A DNA stretch of 64,000 bases from Octopus sinensis. Its lineage: Eukaryota. Position 1 is the first letter of the stretch, and every line of letters starts with the position of its first letter. The position numbers and the translations under genes are program-made. The stretch covers positions 58,466,001 through 58,530,000 of the forward strand of contig NC_043013.1 in the NCBI RefSeq assembly GCF_006345805.1. Direction: 5' to 3'. The notes under the pieces were generated by a model. That model searched no databases. It saw only the letters and a list, made by a program, of their open reading frames with translations, and was not told the DNA's origin. Positions 38,950 to 50,637 of the stretch are shown piece after piece.

Positions 38950-41900
38950 TATTATTATTCTATGTTTGACTTTTGCTTTATATTTGTACAAGTTGGCTCC
39001 AAGTCTCACCCAGAGACCTCAAGAGACAACAGGGTTGGAAGTTCATGTTGTTGTTATGCCTAGTGTGCCATATATTTGGGGGGTGGGGATGTTGTACTAA
39101 TGAATGTCTAAAAAAAAAAAAAAAGTTTTTTTTTTTTTTTTTTTTAAACCGAAAATTATGGTTGTTTTAAACCTTGAGGTTACATAGAGAGTATTTTGCG
39201 TAGGATATGAGCAGTTCCCATGAGCACTATCTTTTGAACTTCTGCCATTTTTGGGTTTCCTGGTATCTGAGTTAGGTAGCTATCAGCCCCTTTTGCTATC
39301 ATTCCCAGGGCACCTATGACAACAGGTATTGTTTTAGTCTTCAGCTTCCACATTTTGCTGATTTCTATTTCAAGATCTTTATATTTGCTCAGTTTTTGGT
39401 AGGTCCTGACAGATACGTTTATATCGATTGGGACAGTCATATCAATGAGGAGGCATGTTCTTTGTTTGAAGTCTTTCAATATGATGTCTGGCCTATTTGC
39501 ATCTATCTTCCTGTCAGTTTGAATGGTGAAGTTCCAGAGGAGTGAGATGTGGTCATTTTCAAGCACTGGGGGTGGTTTGTGTTCCCACCAGTTTTTCTAA
39601 TGGGGCAAATCCAGGTTTTTACAGATTACCCAGTGAATATATTGTGCAGCTCTATCGTGCCTGTTGAGATACTCTGTAGGCGCTAGAAGACTGCACTTGG
39701 AGACCACATGGTCAATGGTTTCATTTTGTTGCTTGCATACACGACACGTTGGACTGCTTCTGATCTTTAATATGTTGGCCTGGTAGTTTCTTGTTGGTAG
39801 GCATTGATCTTGAGCTGCTATGATAAACCCCTCTGTTTCAGATTTTAAGCCAGAGGCCATTAGCCATTGATGGGTCAGGGCTTTGTCGATATCTGCATTA
39901 TTCGCTCTCTTTGGGTATTTGCCATAGAGAGGTTTTTCTTGCCATTTATTATTCAGAATATCTAAGGCCGCAGTTTTGGCACGGGTTTTCATGCGCCTAG
40001 CTTTTTCTGTGCTTGTTTCTTGTATGTCTATCTCTAATTCCGAAATTGGTTGTATTCGGAATTCACTTACATATTCCTTTGCCTGTTTTGTGACTGAGTA
40101 TGATGCTTTCTTGTTTTCATGTTTTGAGACAAGTTTTAACATCCAGTCCTCAGAGTTTTTCAGGTAGGTGTCTAGGCCAATTGTAGCAATCTTCATTGTT
40201 ATTGCCAGTTGCAAAAGACCACGGCCTCCCTCTTTTCTTGCAGATAGAGTCGTTCTGTATCTGCCTTAGGGTGGTGCATTCTATGCATTGTCAACAGTTT
40301 CCTTATTTTTCTGTCGAGCTGACATATTTCAGTAATTGACCAGTTAACAATATTGAAACTGTAAGTCACGACTGGTATAGCTAATGCATTGATTGCTTTG
40401 ATCCTGTTTCTTGCATTCAGCTCTGTCTTGAGTATTGCTCTCACTCTTCGATAGCATTCTCTCCTGATCCTTTCCTTCATCTCTGAATGCCTTATTCCGT
40501 TCCCTTCAATTACCCCTAGGTACTTGTAGCTCTCCGCTGGGTCTAGTTCTTTTATGACATTCTGTTGGTCAAGGTTAACGTTAGATGTTTCTGTCATTTT
40601 TCCTTTGATAAAGGTAGCCTTTGCACATTTATCGAGGCCGAATTGCATTCTGATGTCGTCACTGAATTGTTTGACTATCGCTAGTAAGCCCTTGAGTTGT
40701 TGATCATTTTTTGCAAAAAGCTTTAAATCATCCATGTAAACGAGATGATTTATATTTTTATCACAAACATTTTATACCCGTACTGCGCGTCATTGAGCAG
40801 CTTTGAGAGAGGTATTAAGGATAAACAAAAGAGGAGTGGTGACAGTGAGTCACCCTGGAAAATGCCACACGAAATTTTTACATCACCAGCATTTAGGGAT
40901 TCACTGTCACTGTTCAGAGTTAGTGTGGTTCTCCATGATCTCATACTTACAGTCAAGAAGTTTCGCAGAGTTGGTGCTATCTTATACATTTCAAGGCATT
41001 TCCTAATCCAGCTATGTGGTAGGCTATCAAAAGCTTTTTATAGTCTATCCAGGCTATTGATAAGTTTTTGTGTCGTTTGTGACAATCTTCTAAGATCATC
41101 TTATTGATGAGTAGTTGGTCTTTACAGCCGTAGGATCACGTTTACATCCTTTCTGTTCATTAGGGAATATGCTGCTGTCTGTTAAAAAACTATAGGTATA
41201 TTCCGTCAGGACAGATGTTAGTGTTTTGTACATAGTTGTTAAGCAGGTTATGGGTCTATAGTTTTTTGGTTCATTTGTTTCTTCACCTTTTGGAAGCAGG
41301 AATGTTAACCCATTAACTAGCCAAGGAGGCATCCTACTAGGGTGTTGCAAAACATCATTGTACAGTTCTGTTAGCAGTTCATGGCTCTCTGGGAAGGCAT
41401 TCAGCCAGAAGTTAGGAATTTTATCCTTTCCTGGAGACTTCCATTTGCTTGACCTCCTGAGAGCAGATCTTATATCTTCTACCTTGACACCCTCCCACTT
41501 TTGCTCTTCTAAGGGGTCCAGTTCTGTAGATATTCTGTCAATCCAGGGGGCCTTTTCGTTGTGTGTTTTTTCTTCTGCCCAGATTTTATTCCAAAATCTC
41601 TGCACTTCTTCTTTTGATGGTACAGACCCTGCAGTAAACGCTGTTTTTCCTATCTTCCTGTAAAAATTCTTGGTGTTATTTTTGAACATGTTGTGTCCTT
41701 GAAAAATCTAACACGCTTTTCATACCTCGCTATGCGGGCAGCTTTGGCAGATACCTTTTGTTTGATGGTTTCTATGGTGGCATCAATATCAAGTATAGTT
41801 TTCATATTGTATTTTTTCAGTAATTTTTGGGTTTTTGTAGGTTTGGTAGTCTTGTGAGCCTTAAGGTTTTTCAAATATTCAATGTCAGATCTAAATATTT

Positions 41901-42600
41901 TAATTTGTTGTTGCAGACGCTCTTGCCAAGAAGGCTTTTGTGGGACTGTTGCCGTTTTCTAATCTTTACACCACATAGGATCGTTGAGATTTTCGCGGAT
42001 GCATAGTATAGGTGGTTGAGGTTTGTGATATCAACATCATTAACTGAAATTATATCCTTAAGTGCAAGCCGGATTTTACCAATTATTTTCATGTTTTGGT
42101 TAGAGTTGCGGATTTTAGGAAGTGTATTACGCTCATCCATGCTGGTTTCTTTAATTTTCAGCCATTCAATCATGATTTGATTTTTTAGCTCATGTAGTTC
42201 TGTTGGGTCAATATTTGTGTGACTTTCTTTATCTATTTGATGCTCATCTGTCTTAGTGTTTATGATTGGTTCAGGGCGTATTTCACTTTGCCTATCACTT
42301 ATACAACTCTTTCAATCCTCTCTTCGTTTTTATCCGCCCTGGCTGGTCTATAATCATTTCCTCTGTATTATCTTCTCTAGCTGCAGCTTCGTTCATTTTA
42401 TCCGATATTGCTTGTCTAACCTGATCAATCTCTACTTCAGTCAGTAATTTCTTTTTTATAATGTTTCTTCTAACATTGGCAAGCTTGTTACTGTCTATGT
42501 AGGGTCTTACTTCAGGGTGTTTCTGTCTCCAGTTTAAGTATGCTTGTACAGTGCTAGACTTATCTGTGGGGAAATATATGGCATGGTAGAAGGCCTTATT
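38950..42600 (-). mobile_element. R4/Dong-like RLE non-LTR retrotransposon, family B (near full length, frameshifted)
   Basis: N-terminal WRQKHPEVRPYIDSNKLANVRRNI, RT (KSPGKDKIPNFWL, GIFQGDSLSPLLFCL, MDDLKLFAK), CRVCKQQNETIDHVVSKC, RLE RPDIILKDFKQRTCLLIDMTVP, 3' UTR and short (AAT)n tail. Confidence 0.95.
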
Positions 42601-42622
42601 ATTATTATTATTATTATTATTA

Positions 42623-42655
<33 letters not shown>

Positions 42656-42715
42656 ACTGACTCTAAACTTCCAGAGATCTCAAGAGACAAGTTAAAAGTC
42701 CATGTTGGTTTTATG
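42600..42715 (-). mobile_element. (AAT)n tail plus 3' UTR remnant of a third R4-like copy
   Basis: Minus strand AACATGGACTTTTAACTTGTCTCTTGAGATCTCTGG is similar to the family B 3' UTR, followed by (AAT)n. Confidence 0.7.
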
Positions 42716-42884
42716 ATTAGGGTGCAATTTATTTGCTCGAATCACTGCAATCGAATTGTCCCCTCCTCACAAAATTTCAGGCCTTGTGCCTTTATTAGAA
42801 AAGAGGATTTTGTCTCCCTATTTTTTCCACTACTGAACTGTCGGCCACTTCCGTATTGCTTCTTTTATAGACGATGTTCTTTTA

Positions 42885-42957
42885 GTAGTAGTAGTAGTAG
42901 TAGTGGTAGTAGTGGTGGTGGTGGTGGTGGTGGTGGTGGTGGTGGTGGTGGTGGTAG
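42885..42957. repeat. (TAG)n(GGT)n microsatellite
   Basis: Directly visible. Confidence 0.95.
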
Positions 42958-43916
42958 AAGGCGGAGGAGGAGTAGGATGGAGATAGAAATAACAGTTGTA
43001 GCCATTAAAGCTGTTTATTTAGGTGAGTTGTTTATTTGGTTGTTGTTGTTGTTGTTGTTGACGTGAATGTATTTCTTAACTTCCAACCTCAACACTGGAA
43101 TGTCAAATGTTATCACACATTCAATAGAGTCTTTAACACTTTCAAGGATTCCATATTCTTTAAGCCAATTATACGTCCATATTTTACATTTATTTATTCC
43201 ATTTCCTGAATCTGCTTTTTTTCCTGTTCACCAATGATTTCATCTACACTCACCACCACCACCACCACCACCACTACCATCCATTTCTTCTACCCGTCCT
43301 TCCCTCCACCCTTCACCCAACTTTCTTTTCGTCATATCTCTGCGTATGTGTGTGTGCGTGTATGAATATATGTATATATGCACATACTTAGGTACACACA
43401 CCGAATGTGTGGCGAATAAATGTGTTTATTTCTAACAAATGCATACGTATTCATAAAATCTGCATCTATTGCATGTGTATATATTATGTATACTGTATAT
43501 TATATGCATTTGCATATATGTATGTATGCTTGCAAGTATCTATGTATGTGTCCGCGTGGGTTTAAACGTGTGTATGTGTGTATGTGCTTGTGTGAGCCAA
43601 GATTCTCCTAAGGAAGCTTCAACACATAATGAGAAAAGAAGTCAGAAAGTTGATGTCTCGAGATGTCAATACTGTACGTTGAACGTGATACGATATAATA
43701 GATGTTCATTTAATAGATTGTGTAATGTAGGCAAACGCAATGGCTCCTGTAACACATACTTAATGCATACGCATATACACGCATAAATGTGTGTATTATA
43801 TATGTGTGTATATATATATATATATATACATAAATTAATAATGATAATAATTGATGAAAGAAACGGAAGATAGATTTAGCAATAATCTTTATTGAGTACG
43901 ACGATCGTTTCGACCC

Positions 43917-43958
<42 letters not shown>

Positions 43959-45061
43959 GCAGACATGTATGTATATATATATTATATATGCACTGACTCC
44001 GGTAAATTGAACCACACCTAAAACGCACTTCTCTGTAAATAATACCATCCTTCGTGTCTTCTTCATTTTTTGTACACAGCTAACATTTATGTGAAAGCTA
44101 ACGGTCAGTTAAATGACATGACCTTGACAGCTTTATAAAATGGAGCATAACAACCTTGTCTCTTCCAACTTTACTAATTAACAATCTCCACAAATAACTA
44201 GCACACAGATCAACATATCGTTCGAACGTCGCACAAGCTAAATTCCCCAAAACTTTCTACAAATTCGACCCCTTTACCATATGAAATAATGAACTCCTAT
44301 ATCTACCGTTGTCCCTAAAATCTGCAATACTGAAAGAGGAAAGCATATTTCGACCGTAAGCAGTTGCTTCTTTTATACATAATCTCAAACTCATGATACG
44401 TTAGTGTTGACATATATAGGCAGCTCTGCTTATCCCAGATCATATCTACAAAGAAAATCTATTCCACATATTGGCTTCGATGCATTTTTAATTCAACGAT
44501 TCGCGACATATTCCTTCAGTTTTATCTCAACTTTTCTGGACTAACCAAATACACACAGTCCCCCCTCTACCTAATCACATACGCCTGTATCTTTACTTAT
44601 CAGTCAACGTGAAATATTTTTCTAGCCTTCACACAATCCTGGGACATGAAAATCGCACAGATTTTCCCTCTCAATGCATTGATTCGGTAGAATTTATTTA
44701 AATAACAAAGCCTAAAATATAAGGTATCGATCTGCCCGTGCTTTGTTGCATTCATCCCATTCCCCCGTCCCTTACACCCACTCTCATATGCCCCCACCCT
44801 GAACCTAACCCACGCCCTACCCTTGCTTTCTTCACTCTCGCCTCCCCAACATCACATCACCACTAGCACTGACCACTTCCCAGCCTCACACCATCATCCA
44901 CACACCTACACATGCACACACGCACACGTCAAGGTCACCAGCCCTTTACCTCACGCACATTCATGCTCCCTTATACATACGCACGCGCACATTCCTTTTG
45001 CAATCACCACTACTTTAGTATCTTCCCTTCTTCCTAGCTCTCCTCTGTGACCCCTCTGTCT

Positions 45062-45255
45062 GGATAGATCGCTAGCCACTATACATTCTTTATTTTTTTC
45101 TCCTTGTTTCTGTGTTCCTTTCTGTGGAAGAGCCTAGGCGCGAAACGTTAAAGACTTCTTCACTTCCCGAGCATTGAAGAAACGAAAGACGAAGCCAGAT
45201 GTATTATTATACATCTGGCTTCGTCTTTCGTTTCTTTTATGAATTCTCCCCTATG
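45062..45255 (+). mobile_element. Penelope pLTR-derived repeat (copy 3) with hammerhead-like motif and perfect 28-bp hairpin
   Basis: CTTT-CTGTGGA-A-GAGC-CTAG-GCGC-GAAA-CGT-T-AAAG at 45118-45153; hairpin at 45177-45236. Confidence 0.7.
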
Positions 45256-45271
45256 TATATATATACACACG

Positions 45272-45522
45272 CAGGGCTGGTGCATGATTATATCGACCTT
45301 TTTCAACAAATTTTATTCAACAAAAACAATAACAACATGTAAGAAAAATATCTTTAAATGATTATTCCGGAGCATATTCACCATCTACTTCAGTTACTAC
45401 TTCCCATTTGCTTGGTAGACAGTCAGACCGTCATTTAAAGATGTTTTTGTTAAATATTGTTATTGTTTTTGTTGAATAAAAATTGTTGACACAAAACCGC
45501 AATAATTATGCCTCAACCCAAT
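45272..45522. mobile_element. Tc1/mariner-type MITE
   Basis: Inverted arms ...TTTTATTCAACAAAAACAATAACA...TCTTTAAATGA; termini CAGGGCTGGTGCATGATTAT / ATAATTATGCCTCAACCCAATA in a TA-rich context. Confidence 0.7.
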
Positions 45523-46559
45523 ATATATAGTTGGCATTTTTTGAATTTCGTAAAATACTTTTATTATTTTTGGATATTTTGTTATCTTTACTATTCATGC
45601 AAGCAGTCGCATTTAGCCCAAACACCCTATATATATATATATATATATAGTGTGTGTCCGATAAAATGTTTAGTGGCATTTCTTCCACTCTGTACATCCT
45701 GCCGAGGTCAACTTTGCTCTCCTTCCTATCGGGGTCATTAAAATAAACTACCTCGTGATGATTGGGATCTATGTTATCAACTTACCCCTTCTCTCAAAAG
45801 TGTTGCTTCGTGCCATAATCAGACAGAATAGAAAGTTTTCCGTAAATTTTGAACCGGGAAACCTATTTGCTGCTGTGAATTATGTTTGAAAATGATGACA
45901 CAAATAATCGGGGAGGAAACATATTCGGAAACGGACAGTCGCAGTTTCAGTTCTTACTGAATGACGATTCATTGCAGAATCAATGTCGGCGATGGCGAGC
46001 GCTCTTTCATCACGCTCCAATGGAACATGAAAACAAACACAGTATTAACCGAAACCGCAAGAAAGAATTGTTATGTTTTTTATAGACTTTATTGTGAACT
46101 CATGTAAAGTTGAGTGAGTTAATTTGTTTTTAACAGAACGTCTCGAAAAACAGCTAATCGCTGATACCATTGAAAAAGGAATAATAAAACCACAAAATTC
46201 CTTCTGGACCGAGATAAATATCTGCTACTTTTTTATATTTTATTTTTAAAAAAAGAATTTATTTCCCATAATGTTCATGTAAACTATTATCTTCTATAAT
46301 AATATATTGATAGAAGGCGATGGAGAGAGAGAGATGGCTGCAGGACGAAGAAATGGACAATAGTGTTTTGAAGAAATAGCGTTTCCATTTAAACCTTTGT
46401 GTTTTTGTTCAAATTTATTAACTCTTAGACCTGAGTTGTTGAATATTGCACATTTAACAAAAAGTCAGTATCTTATTTTCAGAGAAAAAAGATTCTTGTT
46501 TCAGTCAAAGGATTACATGAATGAATCGTACCGAAAATATACAGAGACCTTTACAGTTC

Positions 46560-46734
46560 TTTTATTCTGTTACATGTTTCAGTCATGATGGAGCACCGTC
46601 TTGAAGGGTCTTAGTCGTATGAATCGAAATCAGAACTTAGTTTACCGATTGTTTTGCCGAACCGCTAAGTCACGGGGGCTTAAACACAGCAACACTGATC
46701 GTCAAGACGTGACAACGGGGATCAACACAGACAC

Positions 46735-46818
<84 letters not shown>

Positions 46819-46985
46819 TGTATACGACGAGCTTTTTTCAGCTTCTGTCTACCAAATCCACTTACAAGGCTTTGGTGGGCCCGAGGTAATAGTAGAAGAC
46901 AGGTAACCAAGGTGCCACGCAATGGGATTGAAACTGGTACCATGTGGTCACGAAGCAAGTTTCTTACCACACAGCCATGCCTGTG
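46560..46985 (-). mobile_element. SINE family 3, reverse copy
   Basis: Reverse complement of the 24184-24595 head, microsatellite and tail. Confidence 0.8.
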
Positions 46986-47255
46986 TCTATGTGGATTCTT
47001 TTTTAAATGTTTTGCTATTTCTTCCGAAAATAGGATTTCATATAATAGTAAATTGTGTTGGGTGGGCGTCATCAAGTTTGGATGACATCGTGCAGAATGG
47101 TGGGCATAAGGCAGTACAAGGCTTTTAAAAAGTTTTGCCTTCAATTTTCTTCCACAAAAGATATTTTTGATCCACATACATATGTGTATGATGTGTGTGT
47201 GTGTGTATAACCACTTAAATATATTAGAAGGTTTGGAGATGATGTACAGGTATTT

Positions 47256-47506
47256 TATATTAGAAGAAATGATGTATTCAGAAATCTGGATGGTTTTATA
47301 TTTACAGATATTTATTAGTATGTTACATGTTTTTATACATCATATATCATATATCAGCGCTTTCGTCCATTCTAGTGGAGTCTTCAATTTGAAGACTCCA
47401 AGCGATGATATATGATATATGATGTATAAAAACATGTAACATACAGATAAATATATGTAAATATAAAACCATCCAGATTTCTGAATACATCATTTCTTCT
47501 AATATA
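47256..47506. repeat. Near-perfect ~250-bp palindrome (fold-back)
   Basis: ~100-bp arms 47256-47361 and 47401-47506 (the same peptide appears on both strands in the ORF track), with a central perfect hairpin TGGAGTCTTCAA-T-TTGAAGACTCCA. Confidence 0.9.
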
Positions 47507-48307
47507 ACCACTTGTATATATAACCACTTATATATATATATAGGAGGATGGGGAGGAGCACTCCCTTGGTTACAACGACAAGGGTGCCAGCTGATACGAG
47601 GATCGACGGAACAGTCTGCTCGTGAAAGTGGTTGAGCACTCCACAAACAAGTGTATCTTTAACGCAGTTCTCAGGGAGATTCAGTGTGATACAGAATGTG
47701 ACAAGGCTGGCCCTTTGAAATATAGGTACTACTCATTTTTGCCAGCTGGGTTGACTGGAGCAGCATCAAAATGAAGTGTCTTGCTCAACGACACAACGCG
47801 TTGCCGGGAATTGAACTCACGACCTTACAACCGTGAGTCAAATATGTCAACCACTAAGCCAAGCGTCTTCGCATGGGCACACACACACGCACACGCACGC
47901 ACGCGCGCACGCACACACGCACGCACGCACACACACACACACACACCACACACACACACATACATATATATATATACTTCGTTTGGGGATTTGGTTTGTA
48001 AGATTCTTTATGTGAGTTCGTGTGTTAAAGCATGTTTTGTTGTCTGGGGAGAGTAATTTTCTTTTAGTCCTTTATTACTTAACACACCCACCGGTAAAGT
48101 TTCCACCCATTTATTTATTTTTCCTAAAATTTTCGTTGCGTCTTGTAACCTTTTCAATAGTCATTGATTCTGGCCGTTATCGGAGCTGCGTTATTTTGTT
48201 TGTCTGTGCGCATGTGTGTGGGTCACTGTGTGTGCGCACACATATGTATATATGTATGTTTGTATGCCTGCATGTAAGTCTGTTTATGCATGTATGTGTG
48301 TGCTATG

Positions 48308-48341
<34 letters not shown>

Positions 48342-48349
48342 TGTATTTT

Positions 48350-48800
48350 GTCAGGTCACGTAACCTAGTAACAACCTGTTGCATGGTCGGGCCATCGGCG
48401 TCTAAACCGGCAAGCCCACCAAGCTTGCTTAGTGAGGAGGGTGTTTATTGGACACCCTGCGGGATGAAAAACAAAACCCGTCAAATGGCGGAGGAACTCT
48501 TGAGAGTCAACGGCCATCCAATAAATGTCTTAAGGCTGTATCATGCGCGGTGACATAGAAATAATCGGACTGAATATCCGATCGCGTGGTTAAACCATTG
48601 GGAGTGAAGGACTCCTAGCCTTTGTTAGGGCATCCTTCTAGGAGAAGGTAACTCAGGAAACTGGGATAACCCCGACATAAAACCTGCGGCTCAGTGGTTA
48701 CCGATGATGTCGACTTGTTCTTCTTTTCGGATTATGGCTGCTGTTGCTTAGTGAGTGGGATTGACTCAGTGCACAGCCTTTCCACATTTAAAAAAAAATC
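48350..48800 (+). mobile_element. GC-richer segment resembling an RTE-type LINE 5' UTR
   Basis: Contains GGGCATCCTTCTAGGAGAAGGTAACTC, similar to the RTE 5' UTR motif AGGAGAAGG.AAACTC. No ORF follows. Confidence 0.35.
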
Positions 48801-49139
48801 TTCTTGCACAGGCATTGCATGATAACAACATTGATTAAGCTTCGTGCAATGGCCATACTCGATAACGAGGGGGCAGCCACCATGTATTTTGTATATTTAT
48901 GTGTTTGTGTGTTCGTGGTCGTGTGTTTTTATGTGTGTGTGTGTTTAGTATGTGTTTGCATGCAGTCACGCATGCAATACACACATGCAAACAAACACAC
49001 ACACATAAAAACCCAAATCACGGTCTTATCTACCGATGAGACATGGTGTTGTAGCTAGGACATTTTATAATGAAATCCGTCGGAAGGATTACGCCGAGGA
49101 CAAACAAATAAGAACTCAAAGTATGGTAGAAGCCATAGC

Positions 49140-49735
49140 CACTCATAATAATAAAAAGGAATATTGGTGGAATATTGGTGAAGACCTCAATAAAATGTAA
49201 GCACAACAGACCTGATATAATGATTTGGGATAGAAAAGAGAAACTGTGCACAAAGCTGAAGATGAGAATATGAGACAGTGAAGATGAGAAAGTGAAAAAG
49301 AGAATACTTGCGCTGAACTATTGAGAAATCTGCAATTACTCCAGATTACAAGTTCAGTTTTATAGCTGTAATTATTGGGGCCCTGCGATATGTAACACAC
49401 TTCCTAAATACCAATCTTGCGAAATTAGGCTTCTCGAAACCAGAAAGGAGAAAGCTAATTCGAAGACTACAGATACAATCCATCACTGGAACTGTAAAAA
49501 TGTGTAGAAATTTTCAGACGTTTAGCATTTAAATATATATGAGCATGTCTAGATATGCAAGTATACGCATTCAAATACATACATAAAGCAAAACATACAA
49601 ATCTTCTCATGTACAGCCATACACAGAAACAAAAATACCCTGTTGTTAATGTTCAAATTTCTTTGGATCTTGTTAGAAACCGGCTCTTTCTCTACTGGTA
49701 AGAAATCTTGAAATAAAACTGAAGGATGTCATACA
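49140..49735 (+). mobile_element. 3' end of RLE-type non-LTR element (family G, copy 2)
   Basis: RPDIMIWDRKEKLCT (RLE motif), then sequence closely similar to 23085-23545 including the 3' UTR. Confidence 0.8.
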
Positions 49736-50454
49736 TACACATATTCATACACACATAGTAGTTAAATACGTAGTTAAATTATGTTCAAGTTGAAGAAAGC
49801 TTGTAGGATACTGGCTAAACCCAAGCACAGTTTTTGTCATTAACAGTAGAGACGCATCTATCTTCTAGATTTACTTAAAGAATTCCTTGTTGCCCGTAGA
49901 CTATTTTAAAAATTATATCAGAAACAGAAGATGGAATTCACGAGATCCTTTATTCGAATTTACTAGAATTGTTTCGACTCATTTTGCACCAATAGATGCA
50001 GTACAGACTTGTATCACGGATGCAGATTGTGCCACCTCAGGTGACGTTTTAAAGAAGTACTTTGCTATTTGTCCTTGACATTTCAGTTTTAAAAAGTATA
50101 CATAGGTAGCTGCTGCATTCTAGCAATTCCCATTAAAAACATTAGAGACAAGATACACTTTCAGTTAAAAAGTCATAATATAATACACTTAGAAAACATA
50201 GATGAATAAAGCAGAAAACCATAAAACATATGTGAGATTGAAATAAAATCAAATAGTAAATAAAGATATACATGCAATCAGAACAAAGAGATAGACAAAT
50301 ATGGTGGAAGCACTCCGTCGGTTACGACGACGAGGGTTCCGGTTGATCCGATCAACGGAACAGCCTGCTCGTGAAATTAACGTGTAAGTGGCTGAGCACT
50401 CCACAGACACGTGTACCCTTAACGTAATTCTCGGCCCTTTGAAATACAGGTACA

Positions 50455-50637
50455 ACAGAAACAGGAAGTAAGAGTGAGAGAAAGTTGTGGTGAAAGAGTA
50501 CAGCAGGGATCACCACCATCCCCTGCTGGAGCCTCGTGGAGCTTTAGCTGTTTTCGCTCAATAAACACTCACAACGCCCGGTCTGGGAATCGAAACCGCG
50601 AGTCCGCTGCCCTAACAACTGGGCCATTGCGCCTCCA
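50455..50637 (-). mobile_element. SINE family 2, reverse partial copy
   Basis: Reverse complement of 6578-6760. Confidence 0.85.

Noticed and set aside
39110-39146. A15-G-T19 palindrome in the element B 3' UTR
   Set aside because: Low-complexity homopolymer pair; likely slippage or sequencing noise.
43896-43916. Half hammerhead (GAAAC-GATC-GTC, minus strand)
   Set aside because: The CUGANGA half is missing, replaced by a (TA)n tract; remnant only.
49998-50042. 45-nt candidate exon DAVQTCITDADCATS
   Set aside because: Weak donor (GTGACG) and no supporting neighbouring exons.
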